64,000 nt of DNA from Escherichia phage JM10, in the sequence record PP400777, one strand, 5' to 3'. Under the pieces are notes generated by a model, which saw only the letters and a list, made by a program, of their open reading frames with translations, had not been told where the DNA came from and made no database searches. Below are positions 37,795 to 47,445 of this stretch, piece after piece. A program made the translations under genes and the position numbers. Position 1 is the first letter of the stretch; each line of letters starts with the position of its first letter.

Positions 37795-38353
37795 ATAAAA
37801 AATCCAAACTAGGCGAATCGCTAACAACTTCCTTCTTTTCAGCCCCAGGAGCTTTATAAGCGGATTCTTCATAACGCGTCATTTTATCGTAGATGTCTTG
37901 AATAAACGTTTCATCTACCAACGCTACCATATCATCGTCATGACTGTCGTAGACATTATGAACGAAGTAACTATATTTCTTTGCAACTTCCTTACGTTCT
38001 TTTTTGATACGTTGGACAAAAGCATTAAAACAAGCTCGAGTTATGTATGCATGTGGGTTATTGTACTTAGTTTCGTCGAAATTATGAAGTCCCTTAATAG
38101 AGGCTTCAATACCATCTGCAATCATCTCCTGCTTCCAAGACTGGGTATATCCTGAAAAGTTGAAACGTTTGGACAGGCCTTCGGCGATAAGCATAATTGC
38201 TAAACCGATGGTATCATTCTGACGAATAATTTTGTTTGGGTCTTTATTATTTAAGAGCTCCTTTTTCCACTCGATTATAGCGGCGAGAAGCTCTTTATTA
38301 TTCACATAGTTATTTTTATGTTTTTGTTCAGTCATAAGTACCTCTTGGCTCAA
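37778..38353 (-). CDS. 55: late-transcription sigma factor gp55
   Basis: 191 aa; synteny; sequence pattern recalled from T4 gp55. Confidence 0.85.
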   Translation of the reverse strand: MSQEVLMTEQKHKNNYVNNKELLAAIIEWKKELLNNKDPNKIIRQNDTIGLAIMLIAEGLSKRFNFSGYTQSWKQEMIADGIEASIKGLHNFDETKYNNPHAYITRACFNAFVQRIKKERKEVAKKYSYFVHNVYDSHDDDMVALVDETFIQDIYDKMTRYEESAYKAPGAEKKEVVSDSPSLDFLYEDDN

Positions 38354-38490
38354 TTCATAGGTCTATTATATCATAATATTTAGAGACCTATCTTAAAGCA
38401 CGAGATACTATCAAAGATACGTAACTTTCATAAAGTTGTCGACTTAAAATTCACTAAACTTTTCTTCGGTTATAGCGATTCAAGATAGTT

Positions 38491-38718
38491 TCATTCTATT
38501 TCCTTTGCTGCAAATAAGGCAGCATCCAACGAATCAAATTGGTCAACAAAATCAATATTTAACGCATCGTCAACCGTAGCATATAACCACCATTGTTTGA
38601 ATTCATATTCAAGAATAAATCCAGGACCTTCAATCTGAGGAAGACCTAGGCTATTTGTACCAACTTCGTAACCAGCTAGACGCAGGTCATTAATCAAAGT
38701 TTCTGTTAATACGCTCAT
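38491..38718 (-). CDS. hypothetical protein, 75 aa (55.x region)
   Basis: ORF track. Confidence 0.45.
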   Translation of the reverse strand: MSVLTETLINDLRLAGYEVGTNSLGLPQIEGPGFILEYEFKQWWLYATVDDALNIDFVDQFDSLDAALFAAKEIE

Positions 38719-39086
38719 TTTGCCGCCTTAACAATTTTCAGGTCAACGAATTTTTTCTTACGCTGATTTTTCATACGACGGATAGTCTTTTCAGAGATTT
38801 CATGTTTCTGATAAGCTTTAGATTCAACACCAAATGCAGCAACGTCAAATTCAGAAAGAATATATTGTACTAGAATTTCGCGAATAGAATTACGTCCAAT
38901 TTTCTGGTCGTGTTTTTGCATGATTTCATAAAGACGGAATTCCCACGCGTCAAGAACTTGAGGAGTAACAATATTGCCGGATTCCAGAAGAGCAACAACT
39001 TTATCGAAAGCGAAAGAATTAACTACGTTTTTGATTTTAGTAGACATATTATTTTCCTCGGTTATTTTATTATCCAATGAGAGCAT
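38715..39086 (-). CDS. hypothetical protein, 123 aa
   Basis: ORF track. Confidence 0.5.
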   Translation of the reverse strand: MLSLDNKITEENNMSTKIKNVVNSFAFDKVVALLESGNIVTPQVLDAWEFRLYEIMQKHDQKIGRNSIREILVQYILSEFDVAAFGVESKAYQKHEISEKTIRRMKNQRKKKFVDLKIVKAAK

Positions 39087-39116
39087 TATACTCTGCTCTC
39101 AAGAGTTTGTAAATCG

Positions 39117-39329
39117 TTATCCGAACTTTTTAGCGCCTTTCCAGCCTTCGTACATAACTGCACAAGTCAGTAGTACAGCGTGCTGGCATTCTTTGTATTT
39201 GTAAATCCAGAACCAGCGTAAGAAGTCTTCATCCTCAACACCGTTGAGTTTCATATTGGCAAAGAATTCGGCACGTTCTTCACGAAGCTTTTGCGATAAC
39301 ATAGATTCAGGATTCATTTTGTGTTCCAC
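39117..39329 (-). CDS. hypothetical protein, 70 aa
   Basis: ORF track. Confidence 0.4.
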   Translation of the reverse strand: MEHKMNPESMLSQKLREERAEFFANMKLNGVEDEDFLRWFWIYKYKECQHAVLLTCAVMYEGWKGAKKFG

Positions 39330-39541
39330 GCCCCATTTTCATCGATGAACTTAATCCAGTCATTTACAGACCATTTAGTTGTATCACCCTTTGAATTAAC
39401 ATTTAAAGTATATAATCCATGCTTAAAAAGCATTCGTTTTATATTCATAATTTCCTCAACTGTAACGATAACATTCGTTAGCTTTACGTTTGGCTTCAGT
39501 ATGAGAAGTATTATAATCATAATCTTCTTTACTGTAAACAT
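39314..39541 (-). CDS. hypothetical protein, 75 aa
   Basis: ORF track. Confidence 0.4.
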   Translation of the reverse strand: MFTVKKIMIIILLILKPNVKLTNVIVTVEEIMNIKRMLFKHGLYTLNVNSKGDTTKWSVNDWIKFIDENGAWNTK

Positions 39542-39776
39542 CTTTTTTCAACTTACGAACTTCTTTGCGGAGTTGTCGATTCATTTCGTTCTTGACTTCA
39601 GAATCAACGCCTTTCATACGTTTCCATTTATCTGAGCGGAAAATGTTTTCAACCATGTCTTTGTGGCTAACACCGTCAGGAGCTTTACGTTTACCAAAAT
39701 AGTCATAATCACGAACTTTCAAATCTTTACGACGATACGTTTTACCCATAAGTACCTCAGAGGTTGATTGATACAA
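39456..39776 (-). CDS. hypothetical basic protein, 106 aa
   Basis: ORF track; overlaps neighbours, start uncertain. Confidence 0.4.
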   Translation of the reverse strand: MYQSTSEVLMGKTYRRKDLKVRDYDYFGKRKAPDGVSHKDMVENIFRSDKWKRMKGVDSEVKNEMNRQLRKEVRKLKKDVYSKEDYDYNTSHTEAKRKANECYRYS

Positions 39777-40005
39777 CGCGTTTGATAAAATTCACTTCAC
39801 TTACTGAAAGGTCTTTAAGACCGATTGATTCTAAACGCTGAATAAAAGTCAACATTGGGATATAGTCCCAATGTGTTTTAGACGTTTGATAAGTACGGAC
39901 GCCATTAGCAATTTCAACGTTCAAATCGGAAATGGTAACGAATACCGGTCGCTCATCATTAACTTTAAGGGTTAGAACAACTTTCTTTGAATCTAAACTA
40001 ATCAT
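39757..40005 (-). CDS. hypothetical protein, 82 aa
   Basis: ORF track. Confidence 0.45.
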   Translation of the reverse strand: MISLDSKKVVLTLKVNDERPVFVTISDLNVEIANGVRTYQTSKTHWDYIPMLTFIQRLESIGLKDLSVSEVNFIKRVVSINL

Positions 40006-40304
40006 GGCTTAATTTCCTTCGCAATTGAACAGAAGATACCACGGTCACAAAGCATTTCACCAATTTCTGGATATTTGATTGAACGGTACCAAACATCCAG
40101 GCTTGAAACTCTGGTTATCTGTACTGCATTACCGTTGACAGAATAGTACTGGTCAACCTTAATTTCTTTATCTTCAATTGTCATTTTATTTTCCTCTATA
40201 GTAGATGGTTTAATCTTAACACATCTATTGAGGATGTAAACTGTTTTATGAAAATATTTTTGTTTTGAGAGGGGCACAAGGAGATAGTGAAGTGAAGATT
40301 CCAA
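40002..40304 (-). CDS. hypothetical protein, 100 aa
   Basis: ORF track. Confidence 0.45.
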   Translation of the reverse strand: MESSLHYLLVPLSKQKYFHKTVYILNRCVKIKPSTIEENKMTIEDKEIKVDQYYSVNGNAVQITRVSSLDVWYRSIKYPEIGEMLCDRGIFCSIAKEIKP

Positions 40305-40349
40305 TGGATTATATTAGAAATGAGATAAAGAAGACCAGGCGGCACCTGG

Positions 40350-40658
40350 TCAATCTTCTATGATATCAGAGTCATATCCTAATGAAATCAAGGACTTTTT
40401 AAACTCTGCAATATTCTTTTGTTTCTTATCATTTAAAAATATGACAGGATAACGAATATTAAGTGAAGTGAATCCTGCACGTTTAGCAAGAGATACGATT
40501 AAAGGACGGTCATATTCAATCTTACCATTATTAGTGAGGACTTTATAAAATGTATAAGGAGCATTGAGTTCCTTTAAAAGTTTTGTAACAGTATAACATC
40601 CTGGACAACGTCCAACTTCTTCAGGGATGCCATAAATTTCAATCTTGTTGTGTTCCAC
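40350..40658 (-). CDS. nrdH: glutaredoxin-like protein NrdH
   Basis: 102 aa; CPGC redox motif near N-terminus; synteny with nrdG/nrdD. Confidence 0.7.
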   Translation of the reverse strand: MEHNKIEIYGIPEEVGRCPGCYTVTKLLKELNAPYTFYKVLTNNGKIEYDRPLIVSLAKRAGFTSLNIRYPVIFLNDKKQKNIAEFKKSLISLGYDSDIIED

Positions 40659-40660
40659 AA

Positions 40661-40873
40661 TTATTCCTTGCCAAGAACAGAATTCAGTTTATTAGTAATT
40701 TTGTCCAAACGTTCATTGAATTCGCTGGAGGATAAACCCTTTTCCGGAGAAATTAAACTAATCATGAAAAATACAACAGTAAAAGGAATAAGAAAAATAG
40801 CTCCAACTGCCATAAACAAAAAGAACGTTACAGTTGTAAGAAAATCAGCTAAACCTTTACGAAATTTATACAT
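40661..40873 (-). CDS. small membrane protein, 70 aa
   Basis: TM segments FLFMAVGAIFLIPFTVVFFMISLI. Confidence 0.45.
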   Translation of the reverse strand: MYKFRKGLADFLTTVTFFLFMAVGAIFLIPFTVVFFMISLISPEKGLSSSEFNERLDKITNKLNSVLGKE

Positions 40874-40983
40874 ATTTACCCTTAATTAACTAAGCATTGA
40901 TAAGCACTAAACTATATTGCGAATAAAATTCTGGACCAAAACGAAAAATCATATCATTTATAGTATCCATAATGTAATTCAAT

Positions 40984-41454
40984 TTAATCATGTTTCCACA
41001 CCCCATCAGTATTTGACCAAAGTCGCTGATTATCTGATCCTCGCCACAGCTTTTTAGTCGGAAGATTTTTCTCATACTTCCCATCAATAATAACATCAAC
41101 ATATTTAAGCATTTCTAGTTGTTTAATATCTTCAAACTTATATCCTGTCCACAACCAAATGCTTTTATTTGGATAAAGATTTTTAATAGTTTGAACCACA
41201 GAGTGAATCACATCTCTGTTATCAGGATAGAGAGGGTCACCTCCGGTTATAGTCAATCCTTCTATATAATCATTATTCAAACATTCAATTAATTGTTCTA
41301 GTGTTTCACCAGTGAATGGAATACCATTTCTAGCATTCCATGTTGATTTATTATAACACCCTTCGCATTTATGCAAACAACCTGTGACGAAAAGAACGAC
41401 CCTGCAACCAGGGCCATTCACAAAATCGCAAGGATAAAATCTATCATAATTCAT
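40984..41454 (-). CDS. nrdG: anaerobic ribonucleotide reductase activating protein NrdG (radical SAM)
   Basis: 156 aa; CDFVNGPGCRVVLFVTGCLHKCEGCYN. Confidence 0.9.
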   Translation of the reverse strand: MNYDRFYPCDFVNGPGCRVVLFVTGCLHKCEGCYNKSTWNARNGIPFTGETLEQLIECLNNDYIEGLTITGGDPLYPDNRDVIHSVVQTIKNLYPNKSIWLWTGYKFEDIKQLEMLKYVDVIIDGKYEKNLPTKKLWRGSDNQRLWSNTDGVWKHD

Positions 41455-42756
41455 TGGTGTTTAACCCTATGCATGATTTCTTTATTTTTACCAAGATTAA
41501 ATCCGCGTTCGTTCGGATTTCCCAAATAACCGCATGTTCTTCTTATGGTGTTCATCTTTTTAGGATCACTTTCTCCACAAACTGAACAAACAAATCCGTT
41601 TTCAGTAGGAGTCATTTCATGGGTACTTCCACATGTAAAACATTTATCTACTGGCATATTAACACCAAAATAATCTAAATGTTGTGCAGCATAATCCCAG
41701 ACAGCCTCAAGTCCCTTTAAATTGTTTTTCATATCTGGAAGTTCAACATAAGAAATGTGACCACCTGTCGCAATGAAATGATATGGCGCTTCACGAGAAA
41801 TCTTTTCAAACGGAGTAATATTTTCTTCTACTGAAACATGGAAACTGTTAGTGTACCAGCCTTTATCGGTGACATCCTTTACACTTCCATATTTTTCTGT
41901 ATCAAGTTTACAGAAGCGATAACAAAGGTTTTCAGCAGGAGTAGAATATAAACTAAAAGCAAATCCAGTTCTTTCAGACCACTGTTTAAGATGAGCATTC
42001 ATTTTAGTTAAAATTTCTTGTCCAATATCACGACCGACAAGAATATTCAATTCGTGAATACCGATGTATCCCAAAGACACTGAACTTCTACCGTTTTTAA
42101 ATAACTCAATTATGTCGTCATCAGGTTTAAGACGAACCCCGAATGCACCTTCTTGGTAAAGAATAGGAGCTACAGTTGCTTTAACACCCTTTAAAGAACT
42201 AATTCTACACATCAAGGCTTCAAAACACAGATCCATTCGTTCATTAAATAGCTCAACAAATTTCTGTTCATTGAACTGTGTTCCAATATAAGAATCTAAC
42301 GCAATACGAGGAAGATTCAATGTTACAACACCAAGATTATTACGTCCGTCAAGAATTTCATTTCCAGTTGAATCTTTCCATACACTCAAGAAACTACGAC
42401 AGCCCATTGGAGAAACTGGAACTGAAGAACCAGTAATAGCTTTATTATTCTTAGCTGAAATAATATCAGGATACATCCTTTTGCTTGCGCACTCTAAAGC
42501 AAGTTGCTTAATGTCGTAATTCGGATCGTCTTTATAAAGATTAACGCCTTCTTCAACGAACATAACAAGCTTAGGGAAAATAGGAGTTATCCCATCACGT
42601 CCAAGACCTTTAATACGATTTTTCAGAATTGCTTTCTGAATCATTCGTTCGGTCCAGTCAGTTCCCGTACCAAATGTAATTGTTACAAAAGGAGTCTGTC
42701 CGTTTGAACTGAAAAGTGTATTTACTTCATCATTATATTCAGCATGAGTCGCAAAT
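41451..42756 (-). CDS. nrdD: anaerobic ribonucleotide reductase NrdD, exon 2 (5' boundary approximate)
   Basis: C-terminal zinc ribbon CFTCGSTHE...CSVCG and glycyl-radical region; ends KNKEIMHRVKHQ; upstream exon separated by about 1 kb. Confidence 0.8.
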
Positions 42757-43527
42757 TCATGCCCGTTTATATGAAACAACAAAATTTGGATAGTCCATAG
42801 ATATGCAACGTTCTTTTATAGTGCTAGGATGAAAATTTAGCGCTTTAGCTGCTTCTATATAAGACGTATACTTAATACCGTCAACAACCACATATTCAGG
42901 AACTTTATGAATAGTAGTCTTAATACTCAAAACAAGAGGATGAGTTTCGACTTCACTTTCAGTGCAATTTAAATATTCCGCTGCTTTTTTAAAACTTCTA
43001 AAAGTTTTATTTTTAAGCTTTATCGATACTTGTTTTTTACTTTTTCGACTATTGATATTATTTTGCACATGTTCCTTAGATCTTCCGTTTTTAGCATAAT
43101 ATTCAGCTACAGAAGATTTTATATTGTTTTTATGAGATTCGGATAACACTTTACCCTTATGAGCATCTCTTAATTTTTGAATATGTTCTTCAGTATCCGG
43201 ATGCTTATAAAACTTTTTACCGCCTATGGATTTATTTAAACATTTTTTGCTATAAAAATATTTACGTATGACCTCTTCTTCATGTTTTAATGCATCTTTA
43301 TAACTATCAAATGTTTTTAAAATTATCCATTTAGTAGGTGTATCAGTTTTTAAGCGTTCATTTATATACTTAGATGACGTTGTGTAAGTTTTCCAGTTTG
43401 TGGGCTTGTTTTTAATTGTTCTAAATTTTTTATAACCGATATAAATGTCGCCATTAGAAAACTTAACTAAGTATGTAAATGCGTCTTTATCTTTTATTTT
43501 AGTACAACGTCTTTTTATCCATTTCAT
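42757..43527 (-). CDS. intron-encoded GIY-YIG homing endonuclease (I-TevII-like)
   Basis: 256 aa; DAFTYLVKFSNGDIYIGYKK (GIY-YIG); NUMOD3-like AHKGKVLSESHKNNI; inside the nrdD intron. Confidence 0.75.
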   Translation of the reverse strand: MKWIKRRCTKIKDKDAFTYLVKFSNGDIYIGYKKFRTIKNKPTNWKTYTTSSKYINERLKTDTPTKWIILKTFDSYKDALKHEEEVIRKYFYSKKCLNKSIGGKKFYKHPDTEEHIQKLRDAHKGKVLSESHKNNIKSSVAEYYAKNGRSKEHVQNNINSRKSKKQVSIKLKNKTFRSFKKAAEYLNCTESEVETHPLVLSIKTTIHKVPEYVVVDGIKYTSYIEAAKALNFHPSTIKERCISMDYPNFVVSYKRA

Positions 43528-43790
43528 TGTTTCACCTCGTATTCATAAGATAATCTTATTTATACAAGATGACTGCTGCATGTCGCCATGCAGATTAGAC
43601 TATATCTTCATCTTTCGATGCCGGCCGTTTCGAATAGCATTAGCTTCTATTCTACACCGCTACATTCATCACGGTTAGTCGTTAGGCATTTAGTTCAAAA
43701 GAACATTTAGCACGGGATTGTCTACTAGAGAGGTTCCCCGTTTAGACCGGTTTTACATGAGCCTGAATTAAATTAACTCATACGCCTGGA
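42757..43790 (-). mobile_element. group I self-splicing intron interrupting nrdD (boundaries approximate)
   Basis: NrdD reading frame broken between 42782 and 43768; intron RNA contains CUAAACGGGGAACCUCUCUAGUAGACAAUCCCGUGCUAAAU, recalled as T4 nrdD (sunY) intron core. Confidence 0.75.
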
Positions 43791-44313
43791 ATGCATCGTA
43801 TACATCTTTTTCTGTTTTAGATTGAGCATAATTCAACGCATCAGCGATTTGCCATTTTTCTGCATCCTCAATATGTTTTGCATAGGTGCGTTTAACATAA
43901 GGAGAAAGAACTTTATCTACATTCGCAAATGTAGTTCCGCCATACTGGTGTGAAGCAACTTGTGCGGTAATTTGTGCCATAATTGCAGTAGCAACACCAA
44001 TAGATTTAGGCGTTTCAATTTGAGCATTGCCTAATTTAAATCCATTCTCAAGCATCCCCTTTAAATCGACTAAACAGCAATTGGTAAACGGAAGAGCAGG
44101 AGAATAATCAATATCATGCATGTGAATGATTCCACTTTCATGCGCATTCATAATAAAAGACGGGACCATATTTTTGGCAATGTGCTTAGACACAATACCA
44201 GCCATAAGGTCCCGTTGAGTTGGAAAAACACGAGAATCTTTATTAGCATTCTCGTTTAAAAGATCTTTATTAGTTTTATGAATCAGTCCTTCAATTTCTT
44301 TTTCAATTTTCAT
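43768..44313 (-). CDS. nrdD: anaerobic ribonucleotide reductase NrdD, exon 1 (3' boundary approximate)
   Basis: 181-aa ORF ending inside the intron; exon 1 plus exon 2 total about 605 aa. Confidence 0.8.
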   Translation of the reverse strand: MKIEKEIEGLIHKTNKDLLNENANKDSRVFPTQRDLMAGIVSKHIAKNMVPSFIMNAHESGIIHMHDIDYSPALPFTNCCLVDLKGMLENGFKLGNAQIETPKSIGVATAIMAQITAQVASHQYGGTTFANVDKVLSPYVKRTYAKHIEDAEKWQIADALNYAQSKTEKDVYDAFQAYELI

Positions 44314-44783
44314 TTTAAACTCTTTCTAAGCTGCTTTTTGAATGAAGCTATTAATTGTGTTTTAGTATCAGATTCATTATATTCAAATCCTCTTTGAAGC
44401 ATCTCAGCCATCATTTCCTCTTTACCTAGTCTTGAGAACTCTTTAGTTTTGTCTGGAACAAAATTAGGATGGATATTATTATCAGAATAATCTTGTTTCA
44501 AATAAGCAAGAAGAGCTTCAAGCCATTCGAGGTAGTCAACATCACGTCCTTTAAGACCGGAACGGTTGAACTTATGCTTCATTTGACCTTCTGCTGCGTT
44601 GCACAGATTACAGAGTAATCCACGAACTCTACCGGCTTTTGGCCCGTTTAATTCGTGGTCGTGGTCAAGATGGTTACCTTGAACATCAGGGTCTAATTCA
44701 CGGTGGCAAATAGGACACTTACCGTTCTGTGCATCATAAAATTTTTGTTTTTCTTCTTTATATTTTGCGCCTGATAATAACAT
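44310..44783 (-). CDS. 49: recombination endonuclease VII (Holliday junction resolvase) gp49
   Basis: 157 aa; KCPICHRELDPDVQGNHLDHDHELNGPKAGRVRGLLCNLCNAAEG; near-identical to T4 gp49 from memory. Confidence 0.95.
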   Translation of the reverse strand: MLLSGAKYKEEKQKFYDAQNGKCPICHRELDPDVQGNHLDHDHELNGPKAGRVRGLLCNLCNAAEGQMKHKFNRSGLKGRDVDYLEWLEALLAYLKQDYSDNNIHPNFVPDKTKEFSRLGKEEMMAEMLQRGFEYNESDTKTQLIASFKKQLRKSLK

Positions 44784-44822
44784 GATAAACCCTTACCTTA
44801 AATAGATAAGGGTATTTATAAT

Positions 44823-45020
44823 TTAGTAAACGTTATAAAAGTTACGATGAGAACGTTTAGCTTTGCGAAGCTGACGTTTAGTAGGACGAACTGTAAATGG
44901 TTGTCCAGAGAAAAAATTCGGATCGGTTTTAATAAGCAAATACCAATCATGCTTGCCATTTTTTAATAAACGGTACAATAATTTAACTTGCATAATAATC
45001 TCTTCCCATTTCCATGTCAA
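44823..45020 (-). CDS. small basic protein with C-terminal VRPTKRQ-R motif, 65 aa
   Basis: ...FTVRPTKRQLRKAKRSHRNFYNVY; paralog at 16555..16806. Confidence 0.5.
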   Translation of the reverse strand: MTWKWEEIIMQVKLLYRLLKNGKHDWYLLIKTDPNFFSGQPFTVRPTKRQLRKAKRSHRNFYNVY

Positions 45021-45121
45021 TTAATTCATTTATTGAAGGCTCATCATAACATGTTTCTTCGTCGTTGTAAACTGTTTCGACGTCTGGCTCGACAGTCTCC
45101 CATCGAGCCGAATACCACGGT

Positions 45122-45457
45122 TTAACCGCGGAGTTTATTGAGCTCTTCATAATCAATCCAGGATTCTAGTCCGGATGGCAAAGCTGATTCAATGTTCCAC
45201 AGAAGCTCTTCGATGGCTTGTAGGCGATTATATTCTTCAACAGTAATAGTAACCATTGTTTCAGGCTTTTTAACCAACATGTCATTCATCAGAATATACA
45301 GGTCTTCACAAACAGCCGGGTCGTCCCATGTCCATATTTCAGCATCTCGAACCAATGAAGTCGGAATCGAATTTAAAACTTCAAGCTTAGTAGGAGCGTC
45401 AGGGCCAAGAAGAGTTGCTACAAATTTATATGCTTTGGCGAAATCAATATTGTTCAT
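45122..45457 (-). CDS. hypothetical acidic protein, 111 aa
   Basis: ORF track. Confidence 0.5.
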   Translation of the reverse strand: MNNIDFAKAYKFVATLLGPDAPTKLEVLNSIPTSLVRDAEIWTWDDPAVCEDLYILMNDMLVKKPETMVTITVEEYNRLQAIEELLWNIESALPSGLESWIDYEELNKLRG

Positions 45458-45717
45458 TTAAAATATTCTCGCAGTTGGTCAAATCCACCAATATGACTTC
45501 CGTCAGGAGCAAACACTTGAGGCATAGTCAATCCGACTTGTGATTCACGCCCAAGCTTAACCAGAAGCTCAGCAATTTTCTCATCATCGAACACACCTTT
45601 TTCTGGCATAACATTAATGAATTCGAACGGCTGTTTCTTAACAGCCAGCAATCGTTTCGCATTATCACAATAAATGCATTTATGAATAGTAGAGTCATAA
45701 CCGTACACTTTAAACAT
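45454..45717 (-). CDS. nrdC: glutaredoxin/thioredoxin NrdC (start at MFKVYG)
   Basis: YGYDSTIHKCIYCDNAKRLL...GGFDQLREYFK matches T4 NrdC from memory. Confidence 0.9.
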   Translation of the reverse strand: MFKVYGYDSTIHKCIYCDNAKRLLAVKKQPFEFINVMPEKGVFDDEKIAELLVKLGRESQVGLTMPQVFAPDGSHIGGFDQLREYFK

Positions 45718-46123
45718 TATTTTTCCTTTCATCGATTAAATATGCAACACCAAATACAATACATGTAATAAAACCTGTGATACCGATAGAGAACATCAAC
45801 ACTGTACCAAAGAACCAAATCAGGTTATCTTTAGTAGTTTGTTTGATATCCATCTCACGAATTTCTATAGCTATCGTATCACCTTTATTCAGAAGCGTAT
45901 AAAATGATGGAGATACATGCCTGTCAAAAACTCGTCCTTGTTCATCTTTATAAACTGCAATAAATTCTAATTTAGAATATTTTCCTGTAGATTGTCCTGA
46001 GATTAGCTCTACTACCTCCACAGGAATTACTTTAGTTTCCATATAAGTATTCTGGCTGTTCCAAATGAATGGAATAATGGCAAAAACTAAAGCTGCGATA
46101 AAACAACGAAGGCTATATCTCAT
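45710..46123 (-). CDS. membrane protein, 137 aa
   Basis: N- and C-terminal TM helices. Confidence 0.5.
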   Translation of the reverse strand: MRYSLRCFIAALVFAIIPFIWNSQNTYMETKVIPVEVVELISGQSTGKYSKLEFIAVYKDEQGRVFDRHVSPSFYTLLNKGDTIAIEIREMDIKQTTKDNLIWFFGTVLMFSIGITGFITCIVFGVAYLIDERKNNV

Positions 46124-46428
46124 TATAATGTTCTCTCAAATTTGTGGAAGCATTTACGACATTTCAATTTCAAGTTATCAGTGGTCCAGTTAACCAGTTG
46201 GACTTGGATAGTTCCACATTCCGGACATGGGTGTTTTGCTGCCGATTTGGCAGCATTTTCACGTCGTTCAACCATTTTCATTATTTCGTCCCATGCCGGA
46301 GGAACGAACTCTTCTTCACCGTGGATTTTATTTCTCTGAACAAATTCAATCTTTGAACTATCGTCAATAAACTTAACCAAGCGGTGACTAGTGTTCATAT
46401 CAATATCCTCTAAAAGACGTAGGTTCAT
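46123..46428 (-). CDS. zinc-ribbon protein, 101 aa
   Basis: CPECG...CRKC. Confidence 0.5.
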   Translation of the reverse strand: MNLRLLEDIDMNTSHRLVKFIDDSSKIEFVQRNKIHGEEEFVPPAWDEIMKMVERRENAAKSAAKHPCPECGTIQVQLVNWTTDNLKLKCRKCFHKFERTL

Positions 46429-47378
46429 TATAACACCTCAATGGCATTTCGTAAACCATCCGCTTTCGCATTCAGAGCTTTTAACGATTTAGTCTGTTCT
46501 TTAATCTGAGCTTCGACTTCTTTCAGACGAGATTTGAGATATTCGCGTTCTTCTCTTAAGTTATCAACTTTTTCTGCTTTAGGCTCTTTAATAGGCTTAG
46601 GTTTATACGTATTAGGGTTCTTCAGCTTAATTTGAATACGAGAACTGAATAACATTGAACCGTTATCTTCGGATTCGTCGAACGTTTCAACAACATCCAT
46701 AGTCTCTAACAATGTAATAAGTTTATAAGACAACGAACGAACGGTTTTGTTATGCTTATTAATTTCTTCGGCTTTCATGGTACCGAGATTACGTGAGTAG
46801 TAATAAGGAACCTGGATATCAATTGACAATGATGCGTTACCATTACCAGTTGGTTTGAATACTGCAGTAACCCAATCTTTAACATGAACTTTATTTGTAC
46901 GACCATCACCGCCTGTGAATAATTTACGAGAATGTTTAAAAAGCATATTCACTTGGTTATTGAATTCACAAGCAAATTTATCAGCAAATTTAGTTTCAGG
47001 AATGGTAGAGAACCAATCAGCCAAATGAGCCTTTTTAACATCATTAACAATAGTGAATTCAACCAAATCGGTTTTAGATGTCACAGATTTAATAAAGCTC
47101 GGCTTCATAAAGTTTTTGATGTTATCACGAGCTACAGTAGAAGATAATAAACGAGAACGTTTGAACCATTGAAGCAGTGTCCCTAATGAATGAGAATATG
47201 CATTCTGAGTATCTTTACAGATATGATTTTCTTGGCCTGTGTATGTACCAAAATCGCGAAGAATACCACTTACTACATCTCGGTGTGGAACATCAAATCC
47301 TAGTGCACCAGAAGCGCGCTGAGCATGAACGTTAGCGATAAGACCGGCAAAGTATTCAATGTAATGTGAACGTGTCAT
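46428..47378 (-). CDS. hypothetical protein with C-terminal coiled coil, 316 aa
   Basis: ORF track; own early promoter. Confidence 0.6.
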   Translation of the reverse strand: MTRSHYIEYFAGLIANVHAQRASGALGFDVPHRDVVSGILRDFGTYTGQENHICKDTQNAYSHSLGTLLQWFKRSRLLSSTVARDNIKNFMKPSFIKSVTSKTDLVEFTIVNDVKKAHLADWFSTIPETKFADKFACEFNNQVNMLFKHSRKLFTGGDGRTNKVHVKDWVTAVFKPTGNGNASLSIDIQVPYYYSRNLGTMKAEEINKHNKTVRSLSYKLITLLETMDVVETFDESEDNGSMLFSSRIQIKLKNPNTYKPKPIKEPKAEKVDNLREEREYLKSRLKEVEAQIKEQTKSLKALNAKADGLRNAIEVL

Positions 47379-47416
47379 AATATTTTCCTCTCGTTAAGAT
47401 AGAAAGATTATACTCC

Positions 47417-47445
47417 AACCATCCTTGGTTGTACATCATTCCTTA
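47417..47445 (-). promoter_or_regulatory. early promoter (-35 TGTACA, -10 TATAAT), same spacer cassette as promoters at 5338 and 5895
   Basis: Minus strand TGTACAACCAAGGATGGTTGGAGTATAAT. Confidence 0.5.

Noticed and set aside
40890-41102. 70-aa minus-strand ORF
   Set aside because: Overlaps the 3' end of nrdG in another frame; no independent start signals.
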